DNA of 64,000 nt from an uncultured Actinomycetes bacterium. Its GTDB lineage: Bacteria > Actinomycetota > Thermoleophilia > Gaiellales > Gaiellaceae. The notes under the pieces are model-generated. The model was not told the DNA's origin. It made no database searches and was given only the letters and a program-made list of their open reading frames with translations. Positions 10,543 to 20,898 of the stretch are shown here, piece by piece. The position numbers and the translations under genes were made by a program. Each line of letters opens with the position of its first letter. Positions within the stretch are counted from its first letter, which is position 1. The stretch is taken from positions 4,881 through 68,880 of the forward strand of contig CAVVQY010000005.1 of assembly GCA_963750545.1 (NCBI GenBank), in the 5' to 3' direction.

Positions 10543-11580
10543 ATGCGCACGAGAGTCTCCGCCGTCCGCCTTGCTCGGCATGCTGGTCATCACGGCGCTG
10601 TCGCGACGTCGCTGTCGTCGCCGCGTCGCGGCCTCCGCGTCGACCGGCCTGAAGTCGGGGCAAGACCTTCTACTTCATCCCGAAGGACACGCTGAACCCG
10701 TACGAGGTGATCGCCGACCACGGCGGCAAGCTCGCGCTCGACGAGCAGAAGAACAAGCAGGTCGTCTCGTCCGGCACGCAGGACACGGCGGCCGCCCAGC
10801 TGCCGTCGATCCAGGCCGCGATCCAGTCGAACGCGGCCGGCATCGTGATCGCCGGCAACGACCCCGATGCCGTCTGTCCGTCGCTGAAGCAGGCGATGGC
10901 GAAGGGGATCGCGGTCGTGGCGTTCGACTCCGACACGAACTGCCGCCAGCTCTTCATCAACCAGGCCGACACCGAGACGATCGGCCGCAGCCAGATCCAG
11001 CTGCTCGCGAAGCAGATGGGCTACAAGGGCGAGTTCGCGATCCTCTCGGCCGCGTCCACGGCGACGAACCAGAACGCGTGGATCGACTACATGAAGAAGG
11101 AGCTGAAGAAGCCGGCCTACAAGAACATGAAGCTGGTCAAGATCTACTACGGCAACGACAACCCGGCCCAGTCGCTCCAGGCGACGGAGGCGATGCTCCA
11201 GGCCTACCCGAACCTGAAGGGCATCGAGTCGCCGACCACGGTCGGGATCTCGTCCGCCGCGCAGTACCTCTCGACCTCGAAGTACAAGGGCAAGGTCGTG
11301 CTGCAGGGCCTCGGCCTGCCGAGCCAGATGAAGAAGTACGTGCTCAACGGCACCGTGAAGAGCTTCGCGCTCTGGAACCCGGAGGACCTCGGGTACCTCG
11401 CGGGCTACGCCGTCGCGGCGATCGCCGTCCGGCGACATCACGGGCAAGGTCGGCGAGACGTTCAAGGCCGGCAAGCTCGGCACCTACAAGATCATCCTCG
11501 GCCCGGACAAGCGGCCGCAGGTGATCCTCGGGCCGCCGTTCGTCTTCAACAAGTCGAACGTGGCGAAGTTCAACTTCTAG
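10543..11580 (+). CDS. Rhamnose/sugar ABC transporter substrate-binding protein (periplasmic-binding-protein type I); frame disrupted near both ends
   Basis: The RBS aaggaagg sits upstream of the ATG at 10543 (MRTRVSAV..LLGMLVITALS signal-like N-terminus). The core lies in ORF 10707..13040: KTFYFIPKDTLNPYEVIADHGGK...AAGIVIAGNDPDAVCPSLKQAMAKGIAVVAFDSD...GEFAILSAASTATNQNAWIDYMKKEL...SFALWNPEDLGYLAGYA. The C-terminus is GPPFVFNKSNVAKFNF* (TAG 11578-11580). Confidence 0.85.
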
Positions 11581-11645
11581 AGCCTGACGTCCGCGGGGCG
11601 CCGCCGTCGGCGGCGCCCCGCGAGCCTCGGCCAGCGGAGGTGCGC

Positions 11646-11968
11646 ATGCCACGCGTCTGCTTTCAGCTTCAGGTCAAGCCCGACCGGATCGCGGAGTACC
11701 GCGCGCGGCACGAGGAGGTCTGGCGCGACATGCTCGAGGCGCTCGAGGCGACGGGCTGGCGCAACTACTCGCTCTTCATCTCCGACACCGGGATGGTCAT
11801 CGGCTACGTCGAGTGCGAGGATTTCGACGCATCGAGGCGCGGCGATGGAGGAGACCGAGGTGAACGCACGCTGGCAGGCAGAGATGGCGCGAGTTCTTCG
11901 TGGGCCTCGAGGGCCGGCGCCCCGACGAGGGCCTGCTGCTGCTCGACGAGATCTTCCACCTCGACTGA
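11646..11968 (+). CDS. rhaM: L-rhamnose mutarotase; frame disrupted as sequenced
   Basis: MPRVCFQLQVKPDRIAEYRARHEEVWRDMLEALEATGWRNYSLFISDTGMVIGYVECEDF is within ORF 10707..13040. EETEVNARWQAEMA is in the ORF 11845 frame. The end is FFVGLEGRRPDEGLLLLDEIFHLD* (TGA 11966-11968). RBS ggagg upstream. Confidence 0.8.
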
Positions 11969-11970
11969 GC

Positions 11971-13489
11971 ATGGCCGCCGCGCCCGAGCCGGTGCTCGTG
12001 CTCGAGCACGCCGACAAGTCCTTCGGCGCCGTCCGCGCGCTCGAGGACGCGCACATCGAGCTGTACGCCGGCGAGGCGCACGCGCTCGTGGGCGAGAACG
12101 GCGCCGGCAAGTCGACGCTCGTGAAGATCCTCGCCGGCGTCCACCGGCCCGAGCGCGGCCGGCTGCTGCTCGACGGCGAGGAGGTGATCTTCGACGGCGC
12201 CAAGCAGTCGCAGGAGGCGGGGATCGCGATCATCTTCCAGGAGCCGACGCTCTTCCCCGACCTCAGCGTCGCGGAGAACATCTTCATCGGCGCGCAGCCG
12301 CTCAAGCGCGGGCATCGGATCGACCGGCGCAAGATGCGCCGCGACGCGGCCGCGCTCTTCGAGCAGCTCGGCGTGCGCGTCGATCCCGACCGCCTGGCGC
12401 GCGGGCTCTCGATCGCCGACCAGCAGCTGGTCGAGATCGTGAAGGCGCTGACGGCGAACGCGCGCGTGATCGTGATGGACGAGCCGACGGCGGCGCTCAC
12501 GACCACCGAGGTCGAGCGGCTGTTCGGCATCGCCGAGACGCTGCGCGCGCGCGGCGCCGCCGTGCTCTTCATCTCGCACCGGCTCGAGGAGGTGTTCGCG
12601 CTCTGCCAGCGGGTCACGGTCATGCGCGACGGCCGGCACGTACTGACGCTCCCGATCGGAGAGGTGACCACCCAGTCGATCATCCGCGCGATGGTCGGGC
12701 GCGACATGGCGGCGCTGTTCCCGAAGGTGCCGACCGAGCCGGGCCGCGTCGTGCTCAAGGTCGACCGGCTGACGCGCGAGGGCGTCTTCACCGACGTCTC
12801 GTTCGACGTGCGCGCGCGGCGAGATCGTCGCCCTCGCCGGCCTCGTCGGCGCCGGCCGCAGCGAGGTCGCGCGCGCGATCTTCGGCATCGACCGCTGGGA
12901 CGCGGGTGCGGTCGAGATCGACGGCCGCCGGCTTCCGCCCGGCTCGCCGACCGGCGCGATGGCGGCGGGCGTCGGGCTCGTCCCCGAGGACCGCCGGCAG
13001 CAGGGGCTCGTCATGGACTTCGCGATCGAGCGCAACGTGACGCTCGCCTCGCTCTGGCGCGTGCAGCGCTTCGGCCTGATCCCGCCGGGCGCCGAGCGGC
13101 GCTTCGCCGCCGACTGGGCGCTGCGGCTGCAGCTCAGGTACGGCCGGCTGACGAACCCGGTGTGGACGCTCTCCGGCGGCAACCAGCAGAAGGTCGTGCT
13201 CGCGAAGTGGCTCGCCCGCAGGCCGGCGGTGCTGATCGTCGACGAGCCGACCCGCGGGATCGACGTCGCGACGAAGGCCGAGGTGCACCGGCTGCTCTCC
13301 GACCTCGCGGCCGACGGCGTCGCCGTGCTGATGATCTCGTCCGAGCTGCCCGAGGTGCTCGGCATGGCCGACCGCATCGTCGTCCTCTTCGAGGGCCGCG
13401 TCTCGCGCTCGTTCACGCGCGCCGAGGCCGACGAGGACGCGATCATGCGCGCCGCGACCGGGCTCGTCGAGGAGGAGGCCGCAGCGTGA
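11971..13489 (+). CDS. Sugar (rhamnose) ABC transporter ATP-binding protein with two ABC domains; one frame shift near 12817
   Basis: Domain 1 is in ORF 11845..14073 from [13 protein letters not shown]: Walker [10 protein letters not shown], signature [11 protein letters not shown], Walker [12 protein letters not shown]. Domain 2 is in ORF 12959..13489: GLVGAGRSE just upstream, [27 protein letters not shown]. Deleting the C at 12817 restores [22 protein letters not shown]. Confidence 0.9.
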
Positions 13490-14561
13490 GCGCGTCACGC
13501 TCGAGCGCGCCGCGCGCTCGGCCGCGCGCCCTCGGAGCCCGAGGCGCCGAGCTCGCACTCGCTCGCCGAGCTCGTGTTCCGCTTCCGCGAGCTCGGGATC
13601 GTGCTGGCGCTCGCGCTCGTCGTGTTCGTGACCGCGGTCAACAACCCGAACTTCGTGAGCGCGACGAACCTCCAGCAGATCGTCGGCGGCGCGTCGATCA
13701 TCGGCCTGCTCGCGATCGGCGAGACGATGGTGATCGTCACGCGCAACGTCGACCTCTCGGTCGGCTCCGTGCTCGGCCTGTCCGCCTACGCGGCCGGCCT
13801 GCTCTTCGAGAGGCATCCGGACGTTCCGATCCTGGTCGTCGTGCTCGCCGGGCTCGGCATCGGCATGGCCTGCGGGATCGTCAACGGCGCGATCGTCACC
13901 ATCGCCCGCGTGCCGAGCCTCGTGGTCACGCTCGGAACGCTGTACGTGATCCGCGGCATCGACGGCGCCTGGGCCGGCGGGCACCAGGTCGGTGCGTTCG
14001 CCCTGCCCGACAGCTTCAACAAGCATCGGCTTCGAGACGTTCCTCGGCGTTCCCTACCTCGGGTGGATCCTGATCGGCGCCGTGGTGATCGCGGCGTACT
14101 GGATGCGGAGCTACCGCACGGGGCGCGACCTCTACGCGATCGGCTCCAACCCCGAGGCCGCGCGGCTCGCGGGCGTGCCGGTCGGCAGCCGTGTCTTCCT
14201 GGCCTTCGTCCTCTCCGGCGGGATCGCCGGGGTCACCGGCGTGCTCTGGCTCTCGAAGTACGGCTCGGTCGACGCGATCGCCGGCCAGGGCTACGAGTTC
14301 CAGGTGATCGCGGCGGTCGTCGTCGGCGGCGTCGCGATCTTCGGCGGCAGCGGCACCGTCGTCGGCGCGGCGCTCGGCGCGCTGCTCCTCAACACGATCG
14401 ACAGCGCCCTCGTCGTCATCAACTTCGGGGGAGTCACCCTCTCCTCGAGCTGGACGTCGGCCGTGGCCGGCGCGCTGCTCCTGGGCGCGATCGCGTTCGA
14501 CCGGCTGATCTCGATCCGGGTCCAGCCGGCCCTCAGCACCCGGAGGAGACGCCGTGGTTGA
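13486..14561 (+). CDS. Sugar ABC transporter permease (first of two); frame disrupted as sequenced
   Basis: GTGA overlap with the ATPase stop at 13486-13489. The TM core is in ORF 13574..14779 ([64 protein letters not shown]...) and ORF 13992..14561 (...[20 protein letters not shown]...[30 protein letters not shown]). Confidence 0.85.
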
Positions 14562-15622
14562 GGCGCCCAGCTCGCCTGCCGACTACGCGGCGCCGGTCGA
14601 GACGCGGCGCTCGCCGCTCCGGGCGCTCGTCCGCTGGGAGACGTTGCTGGTGGGCGTCCTGGTCGGAACGATCCTGTACGGGATCTCGGTCTCGCCCGCG
14701 TTCTGGACGTCGACCACCGCGTTCTACGTCGGGCTCAACATGGGCGAGGTCGCGATCATGGCGCTGCCGGTCGCGCTGATCGTGATCACCGGCGAGATCG
14801 ACCTCTCGATCGCCGCCATCGCTCGGCCTCACGGGCGTCGTGATGGCGGAGGCGTTCATGCACGGCTGGTCGATCTGGCTGTCGATGGCCGCCGCGCTCG
14901 TGGTCGGGGGCCTGTGCGGGGCGTTCAACGGCTTCCTCGTCACCGGCCTCGGCCTGCCGTCGCTCGCGGTCACGATCGGCACGCTGACGCTCTTCCGCGG
15001 CATCTCCCAGGGGATCCTCCCGACCGACACGATCCAGGTCTTCGAGGCGCCCTTCTCGAACATCGGCGTGCTCCCGATTCAGGGCACCCAGATCGCGTGG
15101 TCGGTCCTGTTCTTCGCGATCCTCGCGGTCGTGATCGGCGTCGTCCTGCACGCGACGCCGCTCGGGCGCTCGATCTACGCGATCGGCGCCGGACGCGAGG
15201 CGGCGTTCTTCGCGGGGATTCGCGTGAAGCGGATCAAGTTCTGGCTCTTCGTCCTCTCGGGGGTGCTGAGCGGCTTCGCGGGAATCCTCTGGACGCTCCG
15301 GTTCGCCTCGGCGCGCTACGACTCGGGCGCGGGGCAGGAGCTGCTCGTCGTCACGATCGTGCTGCTCGGCGGCATCTCGATCTTCGGCGGACGCGGGACG
15401 ATCGTCGGTGTCGTGCTCGCCGCGGCGATCCTCGGCTGCCTCCAGACGTCGATGACGCTCGACCAGATCTCGGCCCAGAACCAGAACATCGTCGTCGGCA
15501 GCCTCTTGATCGTGAGCGTGGTCGTGCCCAGCGCCGGGGACCTCTACCGGCGCGGACGCCTGAGACTGCGCAGCGCGCTGGCGCGACGGCGGCGAGACGA
15601 GGCCGCCGCGGAGGCCGCATGA
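14554..15622 (+). CDS. Sugar ABC transporter permease (second of two); one frame shift near 14825
   Basis: GTG at 14554 overlaps the previous stop. Fragments are in ORF 14554..15912 (LVGVLVGTILYGISVSPAFW..MGEVAIMALPVALIVITGEIDLSIAAI) and ORF 14840..15622 (SLAVTIGTLTLFRGISQGI..RSIYAIGAGREAAFFAGIRVKR..VVTIVLLGGISIFGGRGTIVGVVLAA). Confidence 0.85.
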
Positions 15623-17050
15623 CGAAGCCGCGGATCGGCGTCTTCGGGATCGGCCTGGCCGCGTACTGGCCGCAGTTCGAGGGGCTGCGCGAGCGGCTCG
15701 AGGGCTACCAGCGCGGGCTCGAGGCGAAGCTCGCCGGAGCTCGGCGCCGACGTCGTCTCGGCCGGGCTCGTCGACACGCCCGAGGGAGCGCGCGAGGCGG
15801 GCGAGCGGCTCGCGGCCGGCCGCGTCGAGCTCGTGCATGCTCTACACGGCGACGTACGCGACCTCGTCGCAGGTGCTGCCGGCGGTGCAGGCGGCGAAGG
15901 CGCCGGTCGTGATCCTCAACCTCCAGCCGACGCGGTCGCTCGACTACGAGGGGATGACGACGGGCGAGTGGCTCGCGAACTGCTCGGCCTGCTGCGTGCC
16001 CGAGCTCGCCGGCGCGTTCACGCGCGCGCGCGTCCCGTACCGCACCGTGACCGGCACGCTGCTCGACGGCGACCCCGCCTGGGACGCGATCCGCGACTGG
16101 GTCGACGCGGCCGCGCGCCGTCCGCAGCCTGCGCGCCGCGCGCTTCGGCTTCCTCGGCCACACCTACCCGGGGATGCTCGACATGTACTCCGACTTCACG
16201 CAGGTGCACGCGCAGACGGGCGCGCACGTCGAGGTGCTCGAGATCGACGACCTCGTCGCGCGCGTCGAGGCGGCCGGACGCGGACGCGATCGAGCGCAAG
16301 GGCGCCGAGATCCGCGAGCTGTTCGACCTCGCCGACCCGGGCGACGACCCGATCGCCGACGAGATCACGCCCGAGCGGCTTCGAGTGGTCGGCGCGCGTC
16401 GCGGTCGGGCTCGACCGCCTCGTCGACGACTTCGCGCTCGACGGCCTCACCTACTACTACCGCGGCGTCGGCGACAACGTGAACGAGCGCGTCGCGCGCC
16501 GGCCTGATCGTCGGCAACTCGCTGCTCACCGCGCGCGGCGTCCCGACCTCCGGCGAGGGCGACCTGAAGACGAACGTCGCGATGTTCCTGCTCGACCGCC
16601 TCGGCGCGGGCGGCTCGTACACCGAGTTCTACGCGCTCGACTTCGACGAGGAGTTCGTGCTGATGGGCCACGACGGGCCCGGCCACGTCGCGATCGCCGA
16701 CGAGCGGCCGGTGCTGCGCGCGCTCAAGCTCTACCACGGCAAGGCGGGCGCCGGGCTCTCGGTCGAGTTCAAGGTGCGACTCGGCCCGGTCACGATCCTC
16801 GGCGTCTCGCAGACCGCCGACGGCCGGCTGAAGCTGCTCGCCGCCGAGGGCGAGTCGATCGCCGGGCCGACCTTCCGGATCGGCAACACGAACTCGCGCA
16901 TCCGCTTCGCGAAGGGCCCGGCCGCGTTCATGGACGCGTGGTGCGCCGAGGGGCCCGACGCACCACGTCGCGCTCGGCGTCGGCCACCAGCTCGGCCGGA
17001 TCCGCAAGGTCGCCGACCTGCTCGGACTCGAGCTCGCGGTCGTCTCGTGA
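15619..17050 (+). CDS. L-arabinose isomerase-family (AraA / L-fucose-isomerase-like) protein; frame disrupted as sequenced
   Basis: ATGA overlap with the permease stop. The N-terminus is MTKPRIGVFGIGLAAYWPQFEGL... Fragments in ORF 15837..17420 are LYTATYATSSQVLPAVQAAKAPVVILNLQP and CSACCVPELAGAF. ORF 16174..16482 gives MLDMYSDFTQVHAQTGAHVEVLEIDDLV. ORF 16582..18645 gives FLLDRLGAGGSYTEFYALDFDEEFVLMGHDGPGHV...FRIGNTNSRIRF. GEGDLKTN and HHVALGVGH resemble AraA motifs. Stop TGA 17048-17050. Confidence 0.7.
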
Positions 17051-18280
17051 CGCGTTCGCTTTCTCGGCCCGGACACCGACGCCTACGTCGCGAGCGTCGA
17101 GCGCCACGCCGCCGAGTTCGAGGAGTCGACCGGGATCGAGCTCGAGGTCCAGATCGTGCCCGAGCGACCTCTACTACTCGAACCGGATCCATCACCTGCT
17201 CGACGGCGACGGACGCGGCCGACGTCTACATGTCGGGCCCGGTGCTCGTCTGGGAGCACCTCGCCGCCGGCTTCGTCGCAGCCGCTCGACGAGTTCCTCG
17301 CGCGCGCGGGCGACGGCTACGACGCGGCCGACTTCGTCGAGCCGCTGCTGCGCTGCAACCGCTGGAGCGGCCGCTTCGGCGACCCGCTCGGCGAGGGGCC
17401 GCTGCTCGAGATCCCCGTGAACTGCGAGTCGTACAACCTCGCCTACGTGCCTGCGGTGCTCGAGCGCGCCGGCGTCGAGGTGCCGACGACGTGGGACGAG
17501 TACTTCGCGGCCGCGCGGACGATCGTCGAGAGACGGCAGGCGGCGTCCGCGGCTTCGGCCAGCGCGGCACCGATGCCTGGCACACGATGTACACGGGCTT
17601 CGCCACCCAGCTCTGGTCGTACGGCGGCTCCGACTTCGTGGACGGCCGCTGCGGCGCTCGCCGCGCCCGCGTCGGTGCGGGCGACCGCGGATTTCGTCGC
17701 CGCGCTCCACGACGCTGGTCCGACCGGACTGGCCCGAGCAGCGCTGGTACGAGCTCGCGCTCGACTTCGCCCGCGGCCGCTACGGCCTCATGGTCGACTC
17801 CGACCACTACGTCGCCTACTTCGAGGACCCGGCGACCTCCGAGCTCGTCGGCGAGATCGCGTACGCGCTGCCGCCGCTCGGCCCGACCGGCGACGCGCCG
17901 GCCGAATCTCTGGACGTGGTCGGTCGTCATGAACACCCGCGCGCGCGACACGGAGGCGGCCTGGCGGTTCGTCGAGTGGGCGACCGGGCGGGAGTTCCTG
18001 CTGCGCTCGACCTTCGAGGGCAACATGAACCCGACCCGCGCGAGCATCTGGGACGACGACGCGCTTCCGCGCGCACACGTCCGGCTGGGGCGCCTTCTAC
18101 GACGTCGCGCGGACGCTGATCGAGCGCGACGCGTTCGTGCTCGTCACGCCGGCTTCGAACTACCTCGCCGTCGCAAGCCGTTGGGTCGAGGCGCTGCTCG
18201 ACGTCTACGCCGGCCGCGCGGAGACCGCCGAGGCGCTCGAGCTGGCCGCGGCCGACATCGACGCGCTCGTGGCCAGGTAG
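17047..18280 (+). CDS. Extracellular-solute-binding-protein-family 1-like protein with no recognisable signal peptide or lipobox; heavily frame-shifted as sequenced
   Basis: GTGA overlap with the upstream stop. Hand translation gives VT.VRFLGPDTDAYVASVERHAAEFEESTGIELEVQIVP and AADVYMSGPVLVWEHLAAGFV. It continues with QPLDEFLARAGDGYDAADFVEPLLRCNRWSGRFGDPLGEGPLLEIPVNCESYNLAYVPAVLERAGVEVPTTWDEYFAAARTIVE (ORF 17156..17932). Next come GFGQRGTDAWHTMYTGFATQLWSYGGSDFVDG (ORF 16582 frame) and WSVVMNTRARDTEAAWRFVEWATGREFLLRS. Stop TAG 18278-18280. Confidence 0.65.
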
Positions 18281-18330
18281 GACGCGCGACCCTCCGGCGC
18301 GGCGGAACGTCCGCGTGCGAAGGTTTCCTT

Positions 18331-18952
18331 GTGGAGCTCATCGATCCCCGAATCCAGGAGTACATCGAGCGGTTCAGCTCGCCGCACGATCCTCTGCTCG
18401 CCGAGGTGGCCGACGAGACGCAGCGAACGCTGAGCTCGCCGGGGATGCTGACCGGGCCGATCGCCGGGCGGTTGCTCGAGATGCTCGTCTGGTTCGGGCA
18501 GCCGCGGCGGGTGCTCGAGATCGGCACCTACAGTGGGCATTCGGCGCTCGCGATGGCGGCGGCGCTGCCGGCGGACGGGCGGATCGACACCTGCGAGCTC
18601 GACCCGGTTCGTGCCGAAGTGGCGCGTCGCTATTTCGACCGCTAGCCCGTGGGGCGCCCGGATCACGCTCCACCTCGGGCCGGCGCTCGAGACGATCGAA
18701 CGGCTCCAGGGTGAGTTCGACTTCGTCTTCATCGACGCCGACAAGGACGGCTACGTCGACTACTACGAAGCCGTGCTGCCGCGACTGACACCGCATGGGC
18801 TGATCGCGGCCGACAACACGCTCTGGAGCGGCGCCGTGCTCGACCGCGAAGGCCCGATCCCGCGCTTCAACGAGCACGTCCGGGGCGACCCGCGCGCGGT
18901 CTGCGTCATCCTCAGCGTCCGCGACGGCGTGACGCTGATCCGCCGCCGTTGA
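18331..18952 (+). CDS. Class I SAM-dependent O-methyltransferase (caffeoyl-CoA OMT-like family 3); one frame shift near 18640
   Basis: GTG at 18331. [91 protein letters not shown] is in the ORF 16582..18645 frame. [57 protein letters not shown] is in ORF 18533..18952. Confidence 0.8.
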
Positions 18953-18954
18953 CG

Positions 18955-19782
18955 ATGGAGATCGGCGTCTACACGTTCGCGGAGCTCTACCCCGATCCGT
19001 CCAGCGGCCGGGCGATCAGCGCCGAGCAGCGGCTGCAGAACCTGTTGGAGGAGGTCGAGCTCGCAGACCAGCTCGACCTCGACGTCTTTGGGCTCGGCGA
19101 GCACCACCGGCCCGACTTCGTCGTCTCGGCGCCGGCCGTCGTGCTCGGCGCGGCCGCTGCGCGCACGAACCGCATCCGCCTGACGAGCGCGGTCTCGATC
19201 CTGAGCTCCGACGACCCGGTGCGCGTGTTCCAGGACTTCGCCACGCTCGACCTGCTCTCGGGCGGCCGTGCCGAGATCATGGCGGGCCGCGGCTCGTTCA
19301 TCGAGTCGTTCCCGCTCTTCGGCTACGACCTCGACGAGCTACGACGAGCTCTTCGCCGAGAAGCTCGGGCTCTTGCTCGAACTACGAGCGACCGAGCACG
19401 TGACCTGGTCCGGGAAGCACCGATCGGCTCTGGACGATCTTGCCGTCTACCCTCGCCCGCTCCAGGACCCGCTGCCAGTCTGGGTCGCCGTCGGCGGCAA
19501 CCCCGACTCGGCGATCCGTGCCGGCACGCTCGGCCTGCCGATGGCGCTCGCGATCATCGGCGGCATGCGCGGCGCGAACTTCGTCGGCAGCCCGCAGCAG
19601 GTGGTCGAGAAGATCCTCTTCCAGGCCGAGCTCTTCGACCACGACCGCTTCCTCGTGCAGTTCAGCCTCGGAACGCTGCCGCACAAGCGCCGCGCTCGAT
19701 CGAGCTGCTCGGCACCGAGGTCGTCCCGGTCGTGCGCGCCGCACTCGCGCGGCGCGACTCGGCTGGCGCGACGGCAGCCTGA
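18955..19782 (+). CDS. LLM-class (luciferase-like) flavin/F420-dependent oxidoreductase, apparently lacking an internal segment; also one frame shift near 19335
   Basis: ORF 18949..19782 gives [15 protein letters not shown]...[88 protein letters not shown] 19268..19945 gives [15 protein letters not shown]...[69 protein letters not shown]. The total is ~276 aa, against my expectation of ~330-350 for this family. Confidence 0.75.
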   Translation: MEIGVYTFAELYPDPSSGRAISAEQRLQNLLEEVELADQLDLDVFGLGEHHRPDFVVSAPAVVLGAAAARTNRIRLTSAVSILSSDDPVRVFQDFATLDLLSGGRAEIMAGRGSFIESFPLFGYDLDELRRALRREARALARTTSDRARDLVREAPIGSGRSCRLPSPAPGPAASLGRRRRQPRLGDPCRHARPADGARDHRRHARRELRRQPAAGGREDPLPGRALRPRPLPRAVQPRNAAAQAPRSIELLGTEVVPVVRAALARRDSAGATAA

Positions 19783-19790
19783 GCCCGCGC

Positions 19791-20063
19791 TTACGCGAAG
19801 CGCGCGCGCAGACGCGGCGCGCGCTGTCCGCAAGCGCGCAGGCCGTCGAGGAAAGACCGGACGCCGCGCGGCAGCCGCCGGGAGGCGGTCGCAGTCGCAC
19901 CGAGCAGCGCCAACATCGTCATCGCCCAGGGAAGGTGAGACGTGACGGAGGCACCAGGCTCGAGGTCGACGAAGGCGGCGTCGACGAGGACGGCTGCGAC
20001 GAGCGCGGCGCCGAGGATGAAGAGCCTGCGCTTGTTCCTGGAGGAGATCTTCGGTGCAGCCAT
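19791..20063 (-). CDS. Hypothetical small membrane protein (90 aa)
   Basis: Intact ORF 19791..20063 with ATG start, TAA stop and GC3-rich codons. It has two hydrophobic stretches ([14 protein letters not shown]; [12 protein letters not shown]). I recognise no family. Confidence 0.35.
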   Translation of the reverse strand: MAAPKISSRNKRRLFILGAALVAAVLVDAAFVDLEPGASVTSHLPWAMTMLALLGATATASRRLPRGVRSFLDGLRACGQRAPRLRARFA

Positions 20064-20415
20064 GTCCTGGAGTCTGCGCCGCCGGCGTCGCCGCGGGAAG
20101 GCGGACAGCCCGCCTCTCTCGGTACGGCCAGCCGTACCTCAGCCCTCGACGAGCGGGCGCTGGAAAACGCCGACGACGCGCTGCTCGTACCGCCTCGGGA
20201 ACGACTGGAGCGCATGTGTGTGGCCGGTCTGCGCCAGCCATCGTCTTGACTGGGAGGAGCGTCGCGGAAAAGCCTCGCCGAGCCCAACCGGCTTGCCGGT
20301 GCGGGCGTTACGGCTAGCACTACGTCGCGTCGACGGCCTGGCGCCGGAGACGGGCTCGCTGCCCGCCTCCGGACGCTCTTTGAGTCGGACGTCGGGCCGG
20401 CCGACGGAAGCGGCG

Positions 20416-20754
20416 TCAGCCTTCTTCGGCTTCGAGCTCCGCTTCGAGCTCGGCGGCAATCGCGGCGATTGCGAAGCCGAGGGCCTCGGTGATGTTGGCC
20501 GCCGCGGAGATGGTGCGCGCGGTACCGATGATCGGGGCAACCGCGATGAGGATGCCCTGCACGTCGTCCAGGGTGATCCCGGAGTCGGCGGCTGCGCCGA
20601 CGTTCAGGAGGTAGGACACGGCCGGCGCGTCGACGGCCGCGAGTGCCGCGATGCGGCAGATCATCAGCTCGCGGGGGTCGAGATCGCTGTTCTCGAGCGA
20701 CACAGCGGTGATCTCGGCGAGCGTGTCGAGCACGGGCGTTTCTTCGTCAGTCAT
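20416..20754 (-). CDS. Carboxymuconolactone decarboxylase (CMD/AhpD-like) family protein
   Basis: Intact ORF 20416..20754: MTDEETPVLDTLAEITAVSLENSDLDPRELMICRIAALAAVDAPAVSYLLNVGAAADSGITLDDVQGILIAVAPIIGTARTISAA... has a typical CMD helical-domain pattern. Confidence 0.7.
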   Translation of the reverse strand: MTDEETPVLDTLAEITAVSLENSDLDPRELMICRIAALAAVDAPAVSYLLNVGAAADSGITLDDVQGILIAVAPIIGTARTISAAANITEALGFAIAAIAAELEAELEAEEG

Positions 20755-20898
20755 GGAGTACTCCTCGTCTCTTCGGAAACGTTCTGATCTGCCCGGCGAT
20801 CATCGCATAGCCCGGTAAGGCGACCCGTTGGTTCCCGGCAGGCGTCAGCCAGGCCGGACCGTACCGAAGAGGAATCGTGGCAGGTTCGATGCTTCAAG

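Noticed and set aside
20064-20415. About 350 nt downstream of the CMD gene with no convincing gene. I looked for a small RNA, riboswitch-like structure or missed ORF.
   Set aside because: Only low-complexity shadow ORFs are present. I could find no conserved RNA motif, strong hairpin or repeat by eye. I leave it unannotated rather than invent a feature.
19942-20787. A long + strand ORF (281 aa), and many similar Arg/Ala/Pro-rich ORFs of 100-700 aa throughout the track, for example 1744..2817, 3204..4325, 29405..31036 and 36345..37517.
   Set aside because: They are typical high-GC shadow ORFs. They overlap clearly recognisable genes on the opposite strand or in another frame, have extreme R/A/P/G composition and carry no domain motifs.
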